From Candidatus Moraniibacteriota bacterium (GTDB lineage Bacteria; Patescibacteriota; Minisyncoccia; Moranbacterales; UBA1568), in assembly GCA_023261645.1 (NCBI GenBank), contig JAHFOO010000001.1:181047-245046 (forward strand): a stretch of DNA of 64,000 bases, written 5' to 3'. The notes beneath the pieces are model-generated. The model did not search any database, was not told where the DNA came from, and saw nothing but the letters and a program-made list of their open reading frames with translations. Within the stretch, counting starts at the first letter, position 1. Each line of letters begins with the position of its first letter. Positions 58,126 through 64,000 of this stretch are shown piece after piece. The translations under genes and the position numbers were made by a program.

Positions 58126-58783
58126 CTCTCTTTCTAGCTTATAATTAAGATTGTGAAAGTGCTTGCTTACGTTGAAGCTTCGCTTAGCTTGTCAGGGCTA
58201 TCTTTTGTATCGTTGACAAACTAATCGACCTCCTGCCTTTTTATACTACGTCTTTGAAAAACAGCTGTCAACTGGACAGAATGGCCTATTTTCAGCTTAA
58301 TGTAGGGATTTTTAGTATTTAAAAAGAGAAGTATTTTCCTGCAAATTGATTCTTTCTATCATCACAGAGCATATCTATATATGAAAATGGAGATGGCATA
58401 TGAAAATTTAAGAGTATGAGACAGAAAGTTTCTTATTGTTGACTGGGAAGAGCAGCACTCTTTTTTATATCACGGAAGAAGTATGATGCTTGAAGAATAA
58501 CGATCCAATATTTTTCTTCGATTGAAAATTTTATTTCGTGTTGTCATTTTTATTTCTGATATTTTTTTGATTCTGCTCGTTACCCTTGACAGATATTTTT
58601 TCTCTCTATGCAATTCGTAAAAAAAGAGTATAATAAAAGTGTACAGGAAAATTTTTTCTGTATCACGCACAAAATAAATATTTGTTGTGTGAAATAAAAA
58701 TAAATAATTCCATATTTTCTCTCTCTGTCTCATAAACTTATGAAACACGGGAAGAGAAAGTGGTATAGAAGGAGGTGACTATT

Positions 58784-58903
58784 ATGGCAGCCAAGAAAAA
58801 AGTAACCAAGAAGAAGGCAACAAAGAAAGTAACCAAGAAGAAAGTAGCTAAGAAGGCAACCAAGAAAGTAACCAAGAAGAAAGCTACTAAGAAACGAAAA
58901 TAG
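58784..58903 (+). CDS. 39-aa lysine-rich repeat protein (KK(K)V/A-TKK repeats), histone H1/Hc1-like tail composition
   Basis: Strong SD GGAGGTGA 6 nt upstream; six near-identical 18-nt codon repeats; followed by a strong terminator. Confidence 0.65.
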   Translation: MAAKKKVTKKKATKKVTKKKVAKKATKKVTKKKATKKRK

Positions 58904-58939
58904 TTTAAACGTTTTCTGTTCTTTTGGTTCAACAAAACA

Positions 58940-58975
58940 AAAACCCCGTAAATCGGGGTTTTTTGTTTTGTTTTC
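58940..58975 (+). terminator. rho-independent terminator
   Basis: AAAAACCCCG-TAAAT-CGGGGTTTTTTGTTTTGTTTT. Confidence 0.8.
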
Positions 58976-58990
58976 AACAGAGAGTGTTCC

Positions 58991-59884
58991 CTATAATATG
59001 ATTTCTACGATGCGGTCTTTCTTCGCAAGGTCTGTGTGTATATGCACTTTCGCATATGAGAAAAGCGAAAGGACGAAGTGTTTGAGAATCGGTGCCTGTT
59101 CCGGACTGATCTCGAGAAAAATGATCAGAGGGTTTTTTGGATAAAGAAACCTTTTGATGTATCGGAGCAGACGGTAATAATGAGAGAGACCAGACTCTCC
59201 ACTTACGAGTGCGCTTATCGGTTCGAAGTTACGGACATCCGGTAAAGTATCTTCATAGATGGATTCTGACAAATAGGGAAGGTTGGCTACGATGATGACT
59301 GCATCCTTTGAAGATATTTCCACTTTTATCGATTCGAGAAGATCACTTTCATGGAATTGGATAAGACTGTCAACATTCTGTCGTCTGGAATTCTCTATCG
59401 CGATAGCGAGTGCTCCTGTCGAAATATCGGTGGCATAATAGGCGATATCTGATGGCAGATTATTTGTTGTGATTTCTTTTGCAAGAGAGATGATGATATT
59501 TCCGCTTCCTGTTCCGACATCGACGATGGCAATTTTCTGTTTTCTATCGACGGTGAGCTGTTTGTTTATCGATTTTATTGCCAATTCGACAAGTACCTCT
59601 GTTTCTGGTCGAGGAATCAGCGTATTGCGAGTGACGATGAAATCATATCCATAGAATTCTTTGTGTCCTACGATAGAGGCTACTGATTCGTGCTGTAGGC
59701 GACGAGCCAGAGAATCTCGTACTATCGCTTCGTCTGATGCACTGAGAGAGTATTCCGGGTGAGCGAGCAGGAAAGCCCTCTCTTTTTTGGTTATATGAGC
59801 GAGCAGAATGAAAAAATCAGCCGGAGCGACACGCACCTCGGAAGACGATGGAAGGTAAATTTTTTGCAGTTCGTCGACAGTCAT
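58991..59884 (-). CDS. prmC: release-factor glutamine N5-methyltransferase PrmC/HemK
   Basis: VDVGTGSGNI SAM motif and NLPY (NPPY-class) motif; adjacent to prfA. Confidence 0.85.
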   Translation of the reverse strand: MTVDELQKIYLPSSSEVRVAPADFFILLAHITKKERAFLLAHPEYSLSASDEAIVRDSLARRLQHESVASIVGHKEFYGYDFIVTRNTLIPRPETEVLVELAIKSINKQLTVDRKQKIAIVDVGTGSGNIIISLAKEITTNNLPSDIAYYATDISTGALAIAIENSRRQNVDSLIQFHESDLLESIKVEISSKDAVIIVANLPYLSESIYEDTLPDVRNFEPISALVSGESGLSHYYRLLRYIKRFLYPKNPLIIFLEISPEQAPILKHFVLSLFSYAKVHIHTDLAKKDRIVEIIL

Positions 59885-59977
59885 AATCGATCAATGAACC
59901 CGCCTACCGAACAGGCAAGCAGAGAGCAAATAATAAAAAGCAATGCACGCTTTTATTTTGAGATTCTTCATTTACTG

Positions 59978-61069
59978 TCAACCGTTATTCGTTGACTGTC
60001 GTTCAAGTTTGAGCCGCATATCTTCTGTTTCGAGAGCATCTATGATCGGCTCGAAATTTCCGTCGAGGACTTGAGGGATGTTGCTCCAGGACATCTTGAT
60101 ACGATGATCAGTGATCCGATCCTGAGGAAAATTGTAGGTACGAATCTTCTCGCTTCGATCACCGGTACCAATCTGGGTACGTCGTGCATCGCCTTGTTCC
60201 TTGTTTCGTTTTTCTTCTTCGAGCTGGAAAAGACGAGAGCGGAGGACTTTGAGTGCCTTCTCTTTATTCTTTATCTGTGATTTTTCGTCCTGACAAGAGA
60301 CAACCGTATTGGTAGGGAGATGCGTGATACGCACGGCACTGTATGTGGTATTGACCGACTGTCCTCCGGGTCCGGATGAACAGAATGTATCGATACGGAG
60401 ATCTTCAGTACGGATAGTAATCTCCACTTCTTCGACTTGAGGAAGGACGACCACTGTCGCTGTCGATGTGTGGATACGCCCGGACTTTTCCGTTTCCGGG
60501 ATACGTTGTACCCGATGAACTCCGGATTCATATTTCATCTTTTGATAGACAGGAATGCTGCCTACGCCACGATTGAGTTCAAAGACGACTTCTTTGAAAC
60601 CGCCAACTTCCGTTTGATTTGAGTGGAGCATCACTATGCGCCAGTTTTGTTTTTCAGCATAGTGTGAATACATACGGAAAAGTTCTGCAGCAAAAAGACT
60701 TGATTCATCACCACCCGCTCCACCGCGAATTTCAACAATGACATCTTTCTCATCAGCAGGATCTTTTGGCAGAAGCAAATGCTTCAGCTCTTCTTCAAGT
60801 TTTGTTTTTTCTTCGGCCAAAGTAAGATTTTCTTCCATTGCCATATTCTTGAGCTCTTCTTCTTCATCGCTCTGTGTCAACCCGGCATTATTACGCATAT
60901 TTTTTTCGATGGTTCGTAGGTGCTCGATGCGTTCGATGATGATATCCAGTTCAGTTTTTCTTTTTCCCAGAGTGGCGAGTTTTTTCTGATCACGCATCGT
61001 TTCGGGCGCACTCAAAAGCTCCATAATTTCTTGGTGTTCACATTCGATTTCCTTGAAGAGATTCTGCAT
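59978..61069 (-). CDS. prfA: peptide chain release factor 1
   Basis: GGQ motif ([11 protein letters not shown]) and PET tripeptide at the RF1 PxT position. Confidence 0.9.
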   Translation of the reverse strand: MQNLFKEIECEHQEIMELLSAPETMRDQKKLATLGKRKTELDIIIERIEHLRTIEKNMRNNAGLTQSDEEEELKNMAMEENLTLAEEKTKLEEELKHLLLPKDPADEKDVIVEIRGGAGGDESSLFAAELFRMYSHYAEKQNWRIVMLHSNQTEVGGFKEVVFELNRGVGSIPVYQKMKYESGVHRVQRIPETEKSGRIHTSTATVVVLPQVEEVEITIRTEDLRIDTFCSSGPGGQSVNTTYSAVRITHLPTNTVVSCQDEKSQIKNKEKALKVLRSRLFQLEEEKRNKEQGDARRTQIGTGDRSEKIRTYNFPQDRITDHRIKMSWSNIPQVLDGNFEPIIDALETEDMRLKLERQSTNNG

Positions 61070-61242
61070 AGGTATGTGTTTGGTTTATTCGAAGACTAGC
61101 ACAAATGACGGTAGAAAAGCAAAAAATCCCATCTCCTTTCCGCCGGGTCCGGAATGGTATGGGGGATGTATACGCTTTCTCTCGATCAAATACGGTAGTG
61201 AATATATCCTCAAAAACTTGAGAGAAAGCGTCTGGGAAATCG

Positions 61243-61530
61243 CTATTTGTTGCTCGCGGGTTTCTCTTCTTTTTTCGTTTCAGCCTTTTTGGCCTTGGAA
61301 GCTTTGAGAATGAGAGACTGTTTGGCAATGGATTTCTCTGAAAGTTTCTTAAAGCGATCGACACGGCCGGTCGCATCGATGAATTTTTTCTTACCGGTAT
61401 AGAATGGATGGCACTCCGAACAGATTTCCGTATGCATCGTTTCTACAGTCGAACCGGTTTCAAGAACAGTACCACAAGAACAGGTGATGGTCGCCTCTTT
61501 GAAATAGGTTGGGTGGATTCCTTGCTTCAT
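61243..61530 (-). CDS. rpmE: 50S ribosomal protein L31 (zinc-ribbon type) with a Lys-rich C-terminal extension
   Basis: MKQGIHPTY ... CSCG ... [13 protein letters not shown] conserved. Confidence 0.9.
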   Translation of the reverse strand: MKQGIHPTYFKEATITCSCGTVLETGSTVETMHTEICSECHPFYTGKKKFIDATGRVDRFKKLSEKSIAKQSLILKASKAKKAETKKEEKPASNK

Positions 61531-61857
61531 AGAAAGTAATTTTATATATGGAGTAATGTAAGATAGAGTGTAACACGGGTCGAAGGAATTGACAAGTCCC
61601 AGTTCGTATTCGTGAGGAATATCGTCAAAAAGCGGAGGAAAAGAGTCTTTTTGAAGAAAGATACTCAGGGGCTTGCCAGGCTTCCTTTATTCTGTTACGC
61701 TTATAACTGTATTTTCCTCTTATCTTTCTTTTGTAGTGAGTAAGAGTGTCGAAATCAAACATATTTTTCCAAGGAGCCTGTTCCTGGCCTGTACTTACAG
61801 TGCTTTCAAGGCTTGTATAAGGGAAAGTAGGTGTAATTATTGTAAGGAAGTAACATT

Positions 61858-62691
61858 ATGTCAGAGATGACTACAGCAGTAGCCGAAGAGAGTATCGTGC
61901 CGAAGTCAAAGTCAGAAGAAGCAAGTGAACATTATTTTGCTTCATTTGATTTTGCAAAGATAGACGTCAGCCTGGAAGGCTTGCTCAAAGCGGGTGTCCA
62001 TTTTGGTCATTTGAAATCGCGCCGTCATCCGAAAATGGATGAATACATCTATACGACACGCAAGAACATCAATATTTTAAACCTTGAGAAGACAGCAGAG
62101 AAACTGAAAACAGCCGGGAAATTCTTGGCTGAAGTGACGAGAAACGGTAAACCGATTCTTTTTGTCGGGATGAAAAAGCAGACACAGGATACCGTGCAAT
62201 CACTGGCTATGAGATTGGGGGAGTCGTATGTGATCGATCGTTGGCTTGGAGGAACCTTGACGAACTTTTCCTGTATCAACTCCCGTGCGAAGTATTTAAA
62301 CGAAACACAGGATAAGCTCTCACAGGGCGAATTCAAGAAGTATACGAAGTTCGAACAGGCAAAGAAGAGCGAAGAAGTTGAGAAACTTGAAAGAAAAGTC
62401 GGTGGTATCAAACATATGGGTCAATTGCCGGGAGCTATCGTGATAGCTGATGTCAAAGAAGCGACACTTGTCCTTCATGAAGCAAGAAAAATGAATATTC
62501 CTGTTATCGGCATCACTGATACAAATACCGATCCGAGTCTTGTTGATTACCCTATTCCAGGAAATGATGACGCTCTTTCATCACTGCGTCTCCTTCTGGG
62601 ATATTTGGGAAAAACAATTCTCGAAACCAAAGAGAAAGTCGCTGAAGCCAAGGTCGCATCGAAAGAAACAGTGAAAGAAAAGGTAGTATAG
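61858..62691 (+). CDS. rpsB: 30S ribosomal protein S2
   Basis: LLKAGVHFGHLKSRRHPKM conserved S2 start; 277 aa. Confidence 0.93.
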   Translation: MSEMTTAVAEESIVPKSKSEEASEHYFASFDFAKIDVSLEGLLKAGVHFGHLKSRRHPKMDEYIYTTRKNINILNLEKTAEKLKTAGKFLAEVTRNGKPILFVGMKKQTQDTVQSLAMRLGESYVIDRWLGGTLTNFSCINSRAKYLNETQDKLSQGEFKKYTKFEQAKKSEEVEKLERKVGGIKHMGQLPGAIVIADVKEATLVLHEARKMNIPVIGITDTNTDPSLVDYPIPGNDDALSSLRLLLGYLGKTILETKEKVAEAKVASKETVKEKVV

Positions 62692-62834
62692 TGATTTTTT
62701 TGTAGGGTATTGAATGAACTGTTTGAGTGCGGATTAAGTGCGGAAAATTAAAAAGTAAACTTGTCACAATTGCTTATCACTGTCGTTTAGGGACGATGTG
62801 ATGAATGAGCAACGGTGATGAATGAGACAAAATT

Positions 62835-63419
62835 ATGAATTCAATGGAACAGGTGAAGATGTTACGTGAGAAAACTGGTGCTGGCGTCGTAGACGTGAAG
62901 AAAGCTTTGGATGAAGCAAAAGGTGACGAAGCTCAGGCTATTCTCATTCTTCGTAAACGCGGTCAGGATAAAGCCTTGAAAAAAGGCGAACGTGAAGCTC
63001 ATGAGGGCATCATCGTTTCCTATGTTCATTCCAATGATCACATCGGCGTTTTGGTGAAACTTTTTTGTGAGACGGATTTTGTGGCTTTGAATGAAGACTT
63101 CCGTGAACTCGGTCGCGATATCGCTTTGCATATCGCCGCATCCGCTCCACAATATGTGAAGCCGGAGGAAGTGCCGGAAGAATTGGTAGAAAAAGAACGT
63201 GAGATCTGGCGTGAACAACTTGTCAAAGAAAACAAGCCGAAAGAGATAATGGACAAGATCATGGCAGGTAAAGAAGAAAAATTCCGTAATGAAAATGCTC
63301 TTCTGACACAGATTTTCGTCAAAGATCCAAGTAAGACCGTCGGAGGATTGCTTGCTGAAAAAATCCAAAAAATCGGAGAAAATATTCAGGTAGGCAGTTT
63401 CGTACGTTACGAAATGTAA
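62835..63419 (+). CDS. tsf: elongation factor Ts
   Basis: VKMLREKTGAGVVDVKKALDEA UBA-like N-terminus; follows rpsB. Confidence 0.9.
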   Translation: MNSMEQVKMLREKTGAGVVDVKKALDEAKGDEAQAILILRKRGQDKALKKGEREAHEGIIVSYVHSNDHIGVLVKLFCETDFVALNEDFRELGRDIALHIAASAPQYVKPEEVPEELVEKEREIWREQLVKENKPKEIMDKIMAGKEEKFRNENALLTQIFVKDPSKTVGGLLAEKIQKIGENIQVGSFVRYEM

Positions 63420-63441
63420 TCAGTTTTCTCACTCAAGTTTC

Positions 63442-64000
63442 ATGTGGTATCTCATCTTTCCACCAATCATCGTTATCGCGAGTCTGCTCTTCGTATTGTG
63501 GTATCTTTCTCGCAAAGGAGCTGATCCGTTTATTGCCAGAAAGATTTCCCAATTGGAAGATGGTGTGGAACAGAGAGTGCCTTTTCTCCGTACAAAAAAG
63601 TTTTTTCTGCGTATTCTTGAAAGGATGGCGCATCGTTTCAAGGTTCTGTCACTTCAGATGCACAATGCCTTGAATGATCTGACACAGACACTGAAAGAAC
63701 GACGGAAACGTTTCCAAGACAGTGATGTAAAAATGATATCGAAAGACTTGGATGAAGAAAAACATACAGACACCATTGTTTCTTCGCGTGAAATAATTTC
63801 TCCAGATTCTCATCTTCGTACGCTAGAGACGAGGGAGATTTCTCGAGAGCGCCGTGATGCACGACTGACACAGTCTGAAACATCAGAAACCATCCCTCGA
63901 CCGATGGTGAGCGAGAGGATTGTTCACCCGGAAGTACCCTACAGGAAGACAGCAACAGATATTTCCCGCGAAGAAGATTTGATTACTCGTATCGCCGTGA
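63442..64000 (+). CDS. partial CDS (3' end beyond window): hypothetical membrane-anchored protein
   Basis: ATG 63442 then an open frame to the window end, not in the ORF track. N-terminal TM helix MWYLIFPPIIVIASLLFVLWYL followed by a charged region. Confidence 0.45.
   Translation, partial: MWYLIFPPIIVIASLLFVLWYLSRKGADPFIARKISQLEDGVEQRVPFLRTKKFFLRILERMAHRFKVLSLQMHNALNDLTQTLKERRKRFQDSDVKMISKDLDEEKHTDTIVSSREIISPDSHLRTLETREISRERRDARLTQSETSETIPRPMVSERIVHPEVPYRKTATDISREEDLITRIAV

Noticed and set aside
58784-58903. Six tandem 18-nt repeats; considered as a CRISPR or tandem-repeat array
   Set aside because: The repeats are contiguous with no spacers, sit in one long ORF with a strong SD, and encode a regular KKxTKK peptide. 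They are coding repeats, not a CRISPR array. No CRISPR-like repeat-spacer structure was seen anywhere in the window.
59978-61069. Possibility of stop-codon reassignment (UGA as Gly, as in some CPR lineages) suggested by the presence of RF1 with PrmC
   Set aside because: All conserved genes are full-length in the standard code, their stops are TAA/TAG/TGA, and no conserved protein has an in-frame TGA. RF2 may simply be encoded elsewhere.

Overview
This 64 kb window looks like part of a streamlined, low-GC genome with hallmarks of the Candidate Phyla Radiation (Patescibacteria). This is an inference from gene content and order; no database search was possible.

Main content, in order:
- 1-2.6 kb: a ComEC-type MBL-domain gene, ndk, a canonical tRNA-Pro(GGG) embedded in an odd tRNA-like duplication locus, rpmB (antisense, missed by the ORF track) and an M50 protease.
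- 3.3-21.4 kb: a long str-S10-spc ribosomal superoperon running rpsL-rpsG-fusA-(small ORF)-tuf-rpsJ-rplCDWB-rpsS-rplV-rpsC-rplP-rpmC-rpsQ-rplNXE-rpsZ-rpsH-rplFR-rpsE-rplO-secY-adk-map. There is no L30 gene between rpsE and rplO, and no infA-rpmJ-rpsM-rpsK-rpoA-rplQ after map. Several ribosomal proteins carry basic extensions.
- 21.5-40.1 kb: housekeeping and glycolysis genes (ruvX, GT2, galT, tpiA, fba, gap), a DUF4116-like protein, D-aminoacylase, murD, a CsoR-family repressor with a perfect palindromic operator, SDR, trxB, murA, mreB, two GT4 glycosyltransferases, holB and an ftsQ-like gene.
- 40.4-44.1 kb: two tandem ArnT/PMT-family GT-C glycosyltransferases on the minus strand.
- 44.2-54.0 kb: the most interesting region. 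A five-gene operon of unknown function (acidic protein, 1005-aa membrane protein with a LysM-like domain, two small proteins, and an 832-aa ATPase with an N-terminal TM segment resembling VirB4/TraG-type type IV secretion ATPases), plus a convergent 830-aa membrane protein with a degenerate PP2C-like domain. I propose this as a candidate type IV secretion-like or cell-surface system.
- 54.1-64.0 kb: a wHTH protein, rmuC, an MraY/WecA-family transferase, a 39-aa lysine-repeat protein behind a 650-nt AT-rich leader, prmC-prfA, rpmE, rpsB-tsf, and a partial membrane protein gene at the 3' edge.

Non-coding highlights:
- A conserved 20-bp inverted repeat placed immediately upstream of consensus sigma-70 promoters at both rpsL and tuf.
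- An attenuator-like pair of alternative hairpins between rpsJ and rplC.
- Structured AT-rich spacers inside the str operon.
- A promoter followed at once by a terminator (sRNA candidate) upstream of murA.

No CRISPR array, rRNA, transposase/integrase or reverse transcriptase was recognised. All genes read in the standard code; TGA is not used as a sense codon.
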